Shown piece after piece: positions 1 to 12,302 of a stretch of 64,000 bases of DNA (the first letter of the stretch is position 1; each line of letters opens with the position of its first letter). Location: contig JBNZDD010013589.1 in NCBI GenBank assembly GCA_050575255.1, forward strand, positions 1,206,374 through 1,270,373, written 5' to 3'. This DNA is from Harriotta raleighana. Its lineage: Eukaryota. The notes beneath the pieces are model-generated. The model worked only from the letters and a program-made list of their open reading frames with translations. It made no database searches and was not told the DNA's origin. A program made the translations under genes and the position numbers.

Positions 1-219
1 ATAATAATAACAACAATTGCATTTGATATAGTGCTTTATCGTGCCTACTTGACGTCTCAAAATGCAAGTATTATTACATGAAGTGCTTTGAGATCTCTCA
101 ACAACGTGAAAGACCCTCTGTAAATGTAATTTTGTTGTGGTTGATTAGGGGCTCTTATCAAATGCAATTATCAAATTATCATCATCATCATCACCATTAT
201 TTACTACTACTGTATTATT

Positions 220-1000
220 GCCGGTCGCTCGATGGATCGTCGCTCGATTGGTCGGTGGGATTCGCTCGGCTCTCTGGTTGGATTAATGGATGGATGGAGG
301 GATCGATTGATCATGCCTGGCTCTGTGATGCCGCCCGGCGCTCGTCGCTCGATTGCCCGGGCCTTGCCCCCGCTTGCTGTCTCGGGAGCTGCGGTGTGAG
401 GGAGGAGGAGGGGGGGGAGGGGGGAGACACCGACAGGAGGAGGAGGAGGAGGGGAGGGAAAAAAAGGAGAATTATTTCATGTTAAAAAAAGGGGGGGAAA
501 GAGAGAAAATCAAAAGGTTCCAGAGCCGGGCCCAAGGCTTTCCCGCCTCGTCTCCTCCGCGGCCTCGTAACACTCCCAGCGAGAGCCCAGGAGACGCCGC
601 CTGCCAGGTAGGCCTCACTCAGCCTGAGCCTCAGGCTCTCACCGGGAGCGGGAAGGCCCACAGCCCGACCCAGGCCTCTCCGCCACCTCCACCCACAGTG
701 TCTCGCTGTGCCGCTCCTCACCCCACTCTCCCGCTCTTTCTCCCCCCCCCCCCCCACCCCAATCTCTCTTTTCTCGTTCGTTCTTTCTTCGTTCGTTGGA
801 GGGAAGACTCGATCCTTCGGCGCGGCTTTTTTTTAATCATTGAAAAGCCTCCTGAAAGGGATCCCGACCAGAAGGTAGGAAGGAAAGGAAGTCACCGCTA
901 AAATGCCACCCCCCCCCCTCCACCTCACCCTCCATCTCTCTCCCTGTCAGCCCCTGGCTGGCGAGGTCAGGAGCTGGAGTCTCGACGGGGTGAAGGAGGA
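220..1000. promoter_or_regulatory. CpG-rich promoter region of AMBRA1
   Basis: Dense CpG/GC content in an otherwise CpG-poor window, 11 kb upstream of the first coding exon; followed by a donor-like GAAG|GTAGGA at 874/875. Confidence 0.7.
720..874 (+). other. AMBRA1: Probable non-coding exon 1 of AMBRA1 (start approximate)
   Basis: Donor GAAG|GTAGGA at the 3' edge of the CpG-rich region; no ATG in 490-874; vertebrate AMBRA1 has an untranslated first exon. TSS cannot be fixed from sequence. Confidence 0.5.
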
Positions 1001-1429
1001 GGAAGTGGGAGAGAGTTTGATAGGGAATAGAACAGATGCTCCACACGAAAGAGAGATTGGGCTTGTTGAGAGGAATAGGGGTATTGAGGTCTTGTGGAAA
1101 ATGTATATTCATGGGTTGGCGGGGTGGGGGGAGCAAAGGAGGGCAATAAGATGTAATTATAGTAGGAGGAGGGTAATATTTAAGGGGTTGTGAGGGCAAT
1201 GGAAGAAAATATTGTATTCAGGGGTGGGGGAGGATGGTGACATTTAAGGCTTGTGAGGGGGAAAGGAGGACAATGTTTAAAGGGTTGAGGGATGGGCACT
1301 GACTGGACAAATCTTTAGGAAATTTGATAGAGGCTGAATGACCTCTGAAGCTATAAGGTTCTCTGAAAAGTTGCTCCAGGTCTCAGATCGTTATTAGGTG
1401 ATGGTGTAATGTTTTCAAGTGGTTTTGTA

Positions 1430-1620
1430 TTTGGGAGCGGGAGTAGGCCATCAGCCCCTTGAGCCTGTTTCGCGATTCTTCTCAATTGTGGCTGATCTTG
1501 TCCCTCAACCCCGTTTACGAAGCCTTTCCTTCATATCTCTTGAAACCCTTACCTAACCCAAATCAGGAGATGTCAGTCTCAAAAATTTGAATTGATCTAA
1601 CATTCACAGAATTTTGTATT
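1430..1620 (-). mobile_element. CR1-type LINE 3' fragment
   Basis: GGAGTAGGCCATCAGCCCCTTGAGCCTG is the reverse complement of the CAGGCTCGAGGGGCTGAATGGCCT 3' motif also seen on + at 21423-21460 and 46455-46490. Confidence 0.6.
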
Positions 1621-2037
1621 TTTTTACACTCTATAATTTTATAGAATCCTACATTTTTTCCAGCTTCACCTATTCACTCTTTCATGTCCATAGGTGTGCT
1701 CTGATCAGTTTCTTTACCTGACTATAGTTATCAAAGGCACTGTAGGAATCTAACGGAGATGGGATAAAGGGAGTACAAACAGCAGCAATGGCTTGTTGTG
1801 CAGAACAGCCTCCTCCCAAACATTATCAGGATAAAGCTCTTATGTCCTGTATGTAAGGATATAGAGTTTTATCATGATCATAGTTAGGACAAGGTTTTAT
1901 CATATTCGTAGTTAGTCAGTCCTGTCATAATTAGGGCAATGCAAAAAACTATTTTGGGAAAATCAAATTGTAGCTTTTTCAAATTACACTGTTTAAGAAA
2001 AAACTTTTTTAAGTACCTGGAGAAGCATGGATATAAA

Positions 2038-2370
2038 AATAATCCTTGCATTTGATATAGAGCTTTTCATGTCTTTTAGATGTCTCAAAGCCTTTCACAG
2101 AATATAGGTGATAAGAGGCAGTCAATTCGCAGTGTCCCACAAAAAGTTGAGGAATGAAATTGCCAATTTATTATTGTTTTTTTTCGAGGGATTATTATCA
2201 AGATTGTAGAGTAAGGAAACTTGCCCAAGATTTTGCCCTGGCTTGAATTGAATCCAGGTCTCTCACTTGCAAGGCGAGTGCTCTAACCATTTGATACACG
2301 TAGCACTTTTCACGACTTCTAGACATCTCAAAGTGCTTCACAGAGTATACTGTAAAGTGAATTGACTTTT
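2038..2370 (-). mobile_element. tRNA-derived SINE (dominant family) plus a second tail fragment
   Basis: Tail AATAATCCTTGCATTTGATATAG and head ...GCAAGGCGAGTGCTCTAACCA, reverse complement of the + copies. Confidence 0.8.
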
Positions 2371-5300
2371 TTTGTATTTTAAATTTGTTGTTGCAAATTA
2401 TTTGTTGTCATTAGGGTTCAATTGGACTGAAGGCAAATGTTGATCTGATCAAAGTGTAGGGCTTCCAGGCCAGACCTTAGTTGCTCATTGTATAGAATTT
2501 GTGGTGTATGCCATAACAAATGCAACGGTGTGTTTCGTATGCAAAATATTTCTCCCTTGTTATTCAGTTGTGAAAATGTTAGCCAGCCGTTTGGTAGATG
2601 TCACTTAGAGGCATTGGGATAAACTAAAACCTTCAATATATTTTGTGTTTTTTTTGAATTTTATTATTTCCACAGGAGCATATTGGGCGGGGAAGGAGTT
2701 TTAGTGGTTGGTATATGTTATTGTGTGTTTCTATTTTGGCGAGGATGCTTTCTGATACACTTAGGAGAGACGGGTGGGAAGGTGCATTATGTGATTGATT
2801 TTCAAATGGAAGTTATAGATGGCCCTATAGTTTATGATTTGTGTTAATTTGCCAGGTGATTAAATAATAATCTTTGCATTTGATATAGCACCTTATCATG
2901 ACTCCGAGACATCTCAGTGCTTCACGCAATATACCTTAAAATGAATTGACTGTGTATTTTGTGGGTGAAAATGAGCTGTAGTAGAAAGACTAAATGGGTA
3001 ATTTTTATGTTTGGAACTCACAGCAATCCCAATGCAGCCATAGTGATTCTTGGCAATCCTGGCTGAGCTTTCACACTGTTGGTGCACATTGAATCTTGAG
3101 TTTTTGTGACTTACTGCTCACTCGGTTCAAATGATTGTAGCTGATCAGGGAATGGATGGGTGCTCCTTTTCAATCTATTTTTAGTGATGGTAAACTTAAG
3201 GTTTTATTTCTTTTCGCGACATCAACTGTTGTGTTTAAGCATCTGGGACCCAGCGTGAAGGGTGCTGTATAAATACAAGTTGTTGTGTGTGTTTGTTGGC
3301 ACAGACATTAGGAAATAAAACTGAAGTACTTATCTCCACTGATTGATGAAGGAAAATGAACAACTATTGAATTTTTCATTTGCAATTGTATTCATTTACA
3401 GTTATTTACAGGTGTGTGAGGTGGGATGGTTGGGGTTGGCCGGAGAGAAAGATGCAAATGTTAGTTGCTTAAAAAATCTACTTTTGTAATGCAGGAATAG
3501 AATGAGTAAGCTCATTATCAGTACAGTGTGAATTTCAATGTGTTTGGGAGAAACTTATAAATAACTTGCTAATATATTTTTAAAAATCGGCACATGCATG
3601 CTCTTCAGATTTGGTGTTATATTTAGTTGCGGTCGCTTGTTTTAAATAAAACAGTTGGCACAACTTTGATATAACTAGAACATTAATAAACCATGTTAAA
3701 ATCAGTGATTTGGTCTGTATCTCAAACTGGGTCTCAGGCCTTTCGAATAAACTAGATTTATTTTCTGTGTAGGATGCATTGCTTTCTGTTGTGTATATTG
3801 CTACACTATTGGCTTACAATCATTCCATTTCAGAGAGAGACCACATGGAATAAATATGGCCTTGAATTCAGGATGTCATTTTTAAAAAGTGGCCAAACAT
3901 GCCATCTCCAAAATGCAAAGAAAGTAAAAGGGTGGCATGGCATCATTGCAATGGTTTTAGCCACACAATAGTGTTGTAACCATTTGTTTATCGTGGAATG
4001 TGAACTGAACACTACACCAGTTCACTTACTGCTTTTAGTGAGAGTGTTTTATCATCGACTGTGGTTCACTTTAATAGAACAATACATGTTGAAATGTTAA
4101 AACGGCAATGTTAATTTTTTATAGCATTTACTTGATATTTGAGAGTGATTTAAAAACAAATGGATGGCATTGCAATTGAACCGTCTCATGAATTTTTTTG
4201 TTGCTTCCCATAGCTTGGGGGGGAAATGTGGCAAAGGGTTATTTATTCATTCAAATCACAACACAGTTTACAATACAATTTTACTTGCAGATAGAACCTT
4301 TTACATTAGGAGGATGTCCCTAATAATTATTACGTTGTTGATAATGTGGAGAAAATTTGATTAAAAACACGACGAAAGTCATGAGTTCCATAATCTAGTA
4401 ACTTTATGATCTGGATTGTGGGTTCTTTATCTTATTTATCCTGTGATTCTATTCAGCTGTAGTTCAAAGTAGTGACTATATGAAACTTAAGTTGGCTCTA
4501 CCTCTGTCCTGTGTGCCAAGAAATAAAAGCTAACAGCAGCTTGATGTTTGAGAACCAGCATGTTTAACGGTGTTCAATGGATACGTTCTACAACTAGAAA
4601 ACCTTGGAGGGAATTTAGAGGTGACCAAAGGTCTGGTTGGAGAGGTATCTCTTTAGGATGTAGTTTGTGAGCAGAAATAGCCAAACTAATTACTTTTGGA
4701 AGTCAGTTCCAGAGGCTTGGTAGCTGCTGGCTTTGTGTTGGATGAATTGGTAACAAGCAGTATAACTGAGTCAAAAGACTTTAGCCCGCATAGGACATGT
4801 TTACACCTCCTTGATCTCATGAAGGCTGAGTGCCCTGAATAGGATTTGACCCATGGCATTCCGGCTCCAACTGTGCTGCTCCTTCAACAAAGTCGCTGAG
4901 GGCTGATGATAATAATATAATACAAATATGAAAGTTCAATAATGTCTAGCATTAATGTAGCATATTTCAAGATGTTTTCTTTTTAACAATTTTGAGAACT
5001 AGGTTCAAATTTTTAGCTCTCTTTATTGCTCCAAGTGTTACAAGCAGACTCTGTTTTTCTCAGCACTGGCAAGTGTGCTCGGCTGCGCTGAGAAGGAGTC
5101 ACTTCATGTTGCCGAGTTTGGTGTTGCCATTTATAAAATGTATGCACATTTCCAGTATCAATGGAACACCAAGATAGACATTTAGACGAGCACAGTGACA
5201 GGCTAAATCCTTTTAGCCATGCACTACAGGATTTCTGTTGTGGTTAGTTTACCCTCAGATGTGGGCCTGAATAAAGTAGATTCTTGTCCAAGTAACTGAA

Positions 5301-5439
5301 TATGGTTGAAAAAAACTATATTCAGCAGATTATACTCTCATGCTAATACTACCACTACTGCTACTAATAATAATCCTTGAGACATCTCAAAGTCCTTCAC
5401 AGTGTATACTAAAAATGGATTGACTGTGAATGGTATTAA

Positions 5440-5720
5440 ATTCTCCAAACAGGACTAGGTTGTGTTCTGGCTGATCATTTAAGATATTCACCTTCAATAC
5501 CTGGGTTTGAATCCCTCCCAGATTGATGGAATTAAAGCTGTGGGTCTGGGACAGTCCCAACCCAGTGTTAAATGGTTGTCATTCCACAGCACAAACTCTT
5601 CCATAAATTGGTACAAGGTTATCAATCTCACTCATCAATGGATGATATATGAATGGGGAATTGGGAAAATTCACACTATGCCATTATTGGCATATGAGAT
5701 TTGCACAGGATCTGCCTACA
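5440..5720 (+). mobile_element. Ancient tRNA-headed SINE resembling LF-SINE
   Basis: TTCACCTTCAATACCTGGGTTTGAATCCCTCCCAG and CCACAGCACAAACTCTTCCATAAATTGGTAC resemble LF-SINE blocks as recalled; not aligned computationally. Confidence 0.45.
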
Positions 5721-6084
5721 CAGTGTCTTTCCTGAACACGTTTGAATCTGCTGCTAGTTGCCCAGTTGGAAACTTGCTCCATCCACCCCCAGGCCTGCTA
5801 TTTTTGTTTGAGCATAGTAAAGAATATTAATAGTCAGACTCAGTGAAGGATATGCTTTGCATTGAAAGCACTTTCACTTAAGTAGAGTATTTTCACAATG
5901 ATTTAGAGCAAGTTCTGTAATCTTACTGTGTTTTCTTTTCTACACTCAGCATTTCTGATGGCGAGACACAAGACCCAGATGACTAGTCAGGAAGTTGGTG
6001 TAATGAGATGACCAAAATTACTTTATAGTGGCCTCCTGCCTGAATATCATGGCTTATATTTGTTCTAACTCTCTTAAGTTGTGT

Positions 6085-6415
6085 GCAGTGCATTCAGAGG
6101 CTTTCAGATCATTGTTCAGGTTGACATTCTAGTAAAGTGCTGGGAGAGTACTGCTTTGCAAGAGATGCTCCCGCCTGCCTGGGGGTGGATGTCAAAGATT
6201 TCCTATTTGACATCAGAAGGGAGTATTTTTCTGTTATGTTCATGAACAGTCCTCTAGATAAAATTGATGGTCGCTTTGTGGCTGTTTATCAGACTTCCAA
6301 AGTGCAAATTGCTGACTACATTTTCCTACAAACAGTGCCTACACTTGATGATAATTACATATGAAGTGCTTTGAGATATTTTTGCCCTCAAAGCACTATA
6401 TCAAATGCTAGTAAT
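6085..6415 (+). mobile_element. Degenerate DeuSINE (SacSINE1/AmnSINE1-like)
   Basis: AGGTTGACATTCTAGTAAAGTGCTGGGAGAGTACTGC...GGTGGATGTCAAAGAT Deu-like core followed by an L2-type tail. Confidence 0.55.
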
Positions 6416-7518
6416 ATTATTTACAGTTGTCTGTGGGGTGCACGTGCCTTCAATTGAGAGTAGGGCTAAGCTTCTGAAGTTCGGTTTTGAAGCAAAGTGA
6501 GTTTTATATTCATGGGGCGATTGGAGGGGGAGAAGAAAAGAGAAGGGGGAAGGAAAGTTAGGAGAAATGTCAGGAAGAATGTCAATAGAATTGAAGAGAG
6601 AATGAAAAGGGGAAGAGATAGGTGGGAAGATGAGCAAAGGAAGGAAGTTTAGGGCACATCATCCCACGTTAGAATATGACCTTTTGCTTGGCAGTCACAC
6701 TATTAACAGCTGGGAGTGCTGGATAGTGATTAGAAGTTGAGCATAGTTTTATTTTGCAAAACCTGAGCTTTGCATGTTCCTCACTGGGTTTACCAATTAA
6801 ATCATCAGGGCAGCTGCCTTAAAAATGCTGTTATTTCCAGGATGTGCCCAATGGTTTTCATTGTGGTTTAGGATTGCATTTTTATCAAGCGGGTGACCTT
6901 AAAAGAATTTGAGATAAAAAAATGGATGGCAGTACTTCTGTTTGTAATGTTCAGCAATAAATATTTCCTCAAGTATATGGCAAGTCCTTGGAATTGGAAA
7001 TATTTAAAGTTTATAATTCTGCCTCTTTTGCTTTGATTCGAAGGTTGGACAGCACATTTGATTGATATTCTGGAAATTGGATCTTGCCTTTCAAATTAAA
7101 CCAGGCAGTGTTTCAATACGTTTACGATTTTGAATTAAACTCTCAATTCTTGTTGTATTCACCTCAGCTGTTCCTTTTGCACACTCCACTTGGACTATAA
7201 AATGGAGAGCAGATGCAAAGCGCGGGCAATGTGTAAATTGTCCGGAAAGAGAGGAAATGATTTAAGTTGAAAATGAATTTGCCTCAAAGCTGTGAATAAA
7301 CAAATGCCACCAGCGATTTTTGGCCCGAGCTGTCACTGCATTGATTCCAGATGTGGCGTCCTTTCATTATTGGCAATGTACATAGCTGTTTGTCACTCTG
7401 AAGCTATTGGGGTTAGCTCTGCATCTCCAGCCTGGAGTGACAGGCGATGTTTGATTATTTGTGCTCTGCCACATTGAGTTTTTAAACTACGCGTTCAAGT
7501 AACCCTTGGTGCACTCGA

Positions 7519-8090
7519 GAGTCCTGTAGCTCGCAAGCAAGTCCTGTTGGAGCAGTCGCAAGCAAGAGACCTGGGTTTGATTCCCAGAAGGGTGAAGTAT
7601 TGGGCATGTCTCCTTACTCCACAAGCCTCTGTTTACCTAGCAATAAGGAGGAACTCGGTTATTAGTTGATTGGCGAATTGCTTTTTTTTGGGGTAATAAT
7701 TCCTTCAAAAAATAATAATTGGTCACTTCAATCCACAACAGTTTTTGGGACACTACTATGCACATGGGAGAGAGCCGGGGCGAGGGATTGACCTTCAAAG
7801 AGCCGGCACAGACATGATGGGCCAAATAGCCTCCTTTTGTGATGTAAAATTCTATGATTCAATTGCCTGCCGCATTTCACCCACCGTGAGCAATTTTCCT
7901 TACCCCACATGCCTAATAATAATCCCTCAAAAAAAATTGGTCATTTTCAATCCACGACTGTTTGTGTGACACTGCTGTGCCACGATTTGCCCACCAATAT
8001 GAGATCAATTCACTCTGCAGTATATTCTGTGAAGCGTTTTGAGACGTCTCAAACGTGATAAGGCCAACACCAAATGCAAGGATTATTATA
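7519..8090 (+). mobile_element. tRNA-derived SINE, two partial/nested copies
   Basis: Head GAGTCCTGTAGCTC...GGGTTTGATTCC; tail TGAAGCGTTTTGAGACGTCTC...AAATGCAAGGATTATTA. Confidence 0.8.
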
Positions 8091-9000
8091 TCGCTAACTG
8101 ACTCATTTCATGAAGATTTTTTTATAAGATACATAACTACAAATTGTAATGAAATTCTCTTTTTGCTGCTAAAATTGACAGATTAGCACTGTATAAATAT
8201 CCACTTTCCAGTCCTAGATGACTTGAAGCATTTGGAGTTGTTGAACTGTGCTGTAATCACTACACTGTTTATTGCCTTCTGCTACAATGACTTGGGTATA
8301 GATTGCAGGTCGAGGATTATGCAGTCTGATGAGGGCTGAGACAGTCCGGCCCTGGCTGTTAATTTCACAGCCACATGTGTGAAAAGGAAATGGGATTCCA
8401 AGGCCCATCATCCCAGTTAATGTGAATTTTACTTTGTGCTGACTGGCGGAGATGTAGTCTTTTGTGTAGTGTAGCTTTAAAGATGGAGCGACGCTATAAA
8501 TGCAGTGTAAGGGCTTTTTTTCAGAGGAGGAATTGTGAGAATGCTTGTCCACAGCAGTTTGTAACAGCAGGAGTCACCTTGAAAGCAATTTCATAAATGG
8601 GGATTTAAAGTTGGAAAAGTATGTTGCTGTGCAGTTTGCATTAACTCTACTCTATTGAATAGTGTTCTTGTTATTACCAAAGTGGTAATCTTTACACTTT
8701 TGAGGGCACAGAGAGAGCAAATGTGAATAAAATTACCCTTTTCATATAAACACCTTAAAATACATTGAGCATGCTAAGTATGTGAAGTCTTAGATGTTTT
8801 ATTTTTGTTGTATATAGGCAACGGACAACTCTGGTTGTTGGTCGATTGGTGGATCACTTTCTGAGGATTATAATCCCTTCCTTATATATTAATTTGGTCA
8901 CTCAATCCACGTGTGTTTGTTGGACACTGGCAATTGGCTGTCGCGTTTGCCCATAAAACACAGTCAATACAGTTTCCAAGTGAAGCGCTTTGAGACGTCT

Positions 9001-11743
9001 TATCTCAAGGACACCACTTGCCCTATCCCCCTACTCCTCTGGCTCCTTCCCCTCTTTTGAGCACCTCACCCTCTCCCACCCCTCCTATCTCTCACTCAAA
9101 ATCCTCCTCCTCTACCGGCCCCCTAAAACCTCTCCCACTTTCATCTCTGACATTTCTACCCTCCTAACATCTCTCTGCCTCTGCTCTGATCGCCTCATCA
9201 TCCTGGGCGACTTCAACCTGCACTTCACCCCCTCTTGCTCCACCTCCTCTGTCTTCTCCCTCCTCTCCTCGCTCAACCTCTCCCTCCACATCAACTCCGC
9301 CACTCATGTTCACGGCCACCCACTCGATCTGGTGATCACCCGGGGCCTCAATGTCTGGGATGTCACCATTACCCTCAAGGCTGTCTCTGACCATCACTTC
9401 TTCTCCATCAGAACCTCCACACCTCTCCCTACTTCCAACAGACCCACCACCATCTTCTACCGCCCCTGGAAGAAGTTACCCCCACATTCTGTGACCACTG
9501 CCTTGGAGTCCTCCAAACTCCTCTCCCTCCGGCCCTAATCCTTTACTGACCCCTCTTCTGCTCTCACCCTCCTCCACAACACCCTCTCCTCGACACTCGA
9601 CACTCTTGCCCCCCTCACCTCCGGTACTGTCTCCTACTCTCGCTCCTCCCCCTGGTTTACCACTCACCTCCGCTCACTCAAGAGCCGGGTGTGGGCGGCT
9701 GAACACACGTGCCTCAAATCTGGCCTAGCGGTTCGCCGGCAAATCTGGCTGGACCTCCTCAAGTCCTACTGCTCCGCTGTACCCTCAGCCAAGTCGTCCT
9801 TCTACTCCAGGATAATCCTGGAGGCGAAGAACAACCTGAGGCTCCTATTCTCCACCACATCGCAACTCCTCTGTCCCCCCCGCCTCGCCGCGCAGGTCAT
9901 CTCCTCCAACCTTCGCTGTGAGGAGATGCTGGATTTCCTTGAATCCAAAATCAAGGGAATCCGCTCCGCGATCACGGCCCCCACAACTTCCACCCTCCCC
10001 CCCCAGCCTTTCCCCCCCACACTCTGACTCCCACTCATCCTCCTCTTCTTCTGTCACTAGTCCTGACCTTGAAGCCCACCACCTGCTCCCTGGACCCCAT
10101 CCCCACTCCACTCCTTATCTCCCAGCTCCACCTCCTTGCCCCACTTCTCACAGACATAATCAACCTGTCCCTCTCTTCTGGTTCAGTCCCCATTCCCCAC
10201 AAGACTGCCACCATCACTCCCACCCTCAAGAAACCTTCCCTTGATGCGTTGCAACTTTCAAGCTACTGGCCCATTTCCAACCTCCCCTTCTTGTCCAAGG
10301 TTCTGGAAAGAGTCGTCGCCTCCCAGCTGCGCTCTTTCCTCTCCACCCACTTACTCCTCGAACCTCTCCAGTCGGATTTCCGTGCGGCCCATAGCACGGA
10401 AACTGCCCTGGTCAAGGTCACCAATGACATCCTGACCATCTGTGACCAGGGCTCCCTCTGCCTCCTCGTCCTCCTCGACCTATCGACCACATTCGATACG
10501 GTCGACCACTCTATTCTCCTGCACCGCCTGTCCTCCCACCTCAACCTTCAAGGCCCTGTCCTTGAGTGGATTAGGTCGTACTTCTCCCACCGTCTTCATT
10601 TCATATCCTCAAATGGCTTTTCCTCCAGCCCCGCACTGTCTCGTGCGGCGTCCCTCAGGGCTCTGTCCTCGGTCCTCTCATCTTCACCCTCTATATGCTC
10701 CCCCTTGGTGACATCATCCGCAGACATGGGGTTAACTTCCACATGTATGCCAATGAACCCAACTCTACCTTTCCTCCTCTACCCTCAACTCCATGACTAC
10801 CAATGTCCTGACAGCCTAGCCTGCCTGTCTGACATCGAGTCCTGGACAACTTTCTTCAGCTTAATGTCCGGAAAACCGAGGCCCTCCTGATTCGCTTATG
10901 TCAGCGCCTCTGCAACTCAGGTGCTGTCAGCATCAGCATCCAAGGCTGCACTCTCCACCTCGCAAAGCCAGTCAGGAACCTCGGTGTTCTATTTGATCCT
11001 GAGCTATCCTTTCTCCCCCACATCCGCGCCACAACTAGCACTGCCTTCCACCATCTCCAGAACATCGCCAGACTACGACACTACCTCACCCCTCACGCTG
11101 CTGAAACACTAGTCCACGCCTTCATCACTTCAAGACTGGACTATGGGAACTCTCTCCTCGTAAGCCTTCCCGGTTCCTCCATCCACAAGCTGCAGGTCAT
11201 CCAGAACTCTGCAGCCCGTGTACTCTCCCGCACCAGGCTTCATGACCACATCACTCCCACCCTTGCCCGTCTCCACTGGCTCCCCATCCCCCAGAGGATC
11301 GAATTCAAGATCCTCATCCTTACCTACAAGGCCATTCACGGCCTTGCTCCCTCCTACCTCTCCGACCTACTATCCCCCTATCTATCTGCCTGTACCCTCC
11401 GTTCCTCTGGCTCTGGTCTGCTCCACATCCCCTGCCCTAACCGCCCTACCATCGGCGGCTGGGCTTTCAGCCGCTCAGCCCCCAGGCTCTGGAACTCCAT
11501 CCCCCAGTGCCTTTGCCTCGCTTCCTCCCTTTCTTCTTTCAAGGTCGGTCTCAAGACCTTTCTCTTCGACCATGCCTTCAGCTCCCCTCTCGACTCTCTA
11601 CCCCCTCCTCGCTCCTTCTTTTCCCTCCCCTCGCCCTGATCATTTCCCCCTGCTTGGGTCCTAAACCAACTGTCCAGCGCCTTGGGACGTCCTCCCGACG
11701 TGAAACACGCTCTATAAATGCAATCTTGTTGTTGTTGTTGTTG
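9001..11743 (+). mobile_element. L2-clade LINE, 5'-truncated, disrupted ORF2 (APE endonuclease + reverse transcriptase)
   Basis: EN motifs LYRPPK, ILGDFNLH, LDLVIT, SDHH; RT motifs PISNLPFLSKVLERVV, HSTETALVKVTND, LLDLSTTFDTVDH; stops and frameshifts; 3' GCGCCTTGGGACGTCCTCCCGACGTGAAA...(TTG)n; inserted in a SINE tail with GTCT duplicated. Confidence 0.93.
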
Positions 11744-11919
11744 TCTCAACAATGTGATAAGGCGCTATATCAAACACAAGGATGATTAGCTTGATAATGA
11801 GCAGTCTTTACAGTTATGAAAGCTATTATTTATCCAGGGAAATGATATTGTAGAAAGTGGACTATCTGTTAGTGTTGATCTTCAACACACCTCTAAACAA
11901 TGCAAATTGTTTCTTCCAG

Positions 11920-12049
11920 TGTTTGCATGACCACTATCCCAACGTATCCTGTATGGACTGTTTTTACCTGTGGCCTCTGCCTTGAGTTGGTGATCCTAAT
12001 CCCTGGCCCCTGGAAGCTGTGAGTTGGCAGAGGGTTGAGCTCAGTAGCA
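11920..12049 (+). other. AMBRA1: 5' UTR part of AMBRA1 exon 2 (contains two uORFs)
   Basis: Acceptor TTGTTTCTTCCAG ending at 11919, 130 nt upstream of the ATG at 12050. Confidence 0.65.
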
Positions 12050-12184
12050 ATGAGGAGCATCGACCGAAAGAATGCGATCCAGATCCTGACCAGCAGAGAG
12101 CAGGGCTCCCAGGGGCTGGGCTGCCAACGACGCCTGGAGGAGCTGGTGGAGGACAAGACACGGTGGATGCGATGGGAAAGTCAG
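12050..12184 (+). CDS. AMBRA1: AMBRA1 coding exon 1 (N-terminal DDB1-binding helix region)
   Basis: MRSIDRKNAIQILTSREQGSQGLGCQRRLEELVEDKTRWMRWESQ matches the AMBRA1 N-terminus (KNAVRIL...ELVEDKTRWMKWE); donor CAG|GTGAGC; 135 nt. Confidence 0.96.
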
Positions 12185-12302
12185 GTGAGCAATATCGCAA
12201 GGATCCCTTGTATTGAATAAACAGGCTGCCAAATCGTCTCCCTGTTCTCCTCTATCTCTAAAAGCAGCATCTCCTGCTGGTCCAGTGGTAGCAGTCACTG
12301 TG

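Noticed and set aside
78-1199. Several 90-180 aa ORFs at the window start
   Set aside because: Low-complexity translations of a GC-rich promoter region; no recognisable protein.
9112-11752. Antisense and alternate-frame ORFs over the L2, and over the large AMBRA1 exon (22534-23239)
   Set aside because: Shadows of GC-rich coding or retroelement sequence.
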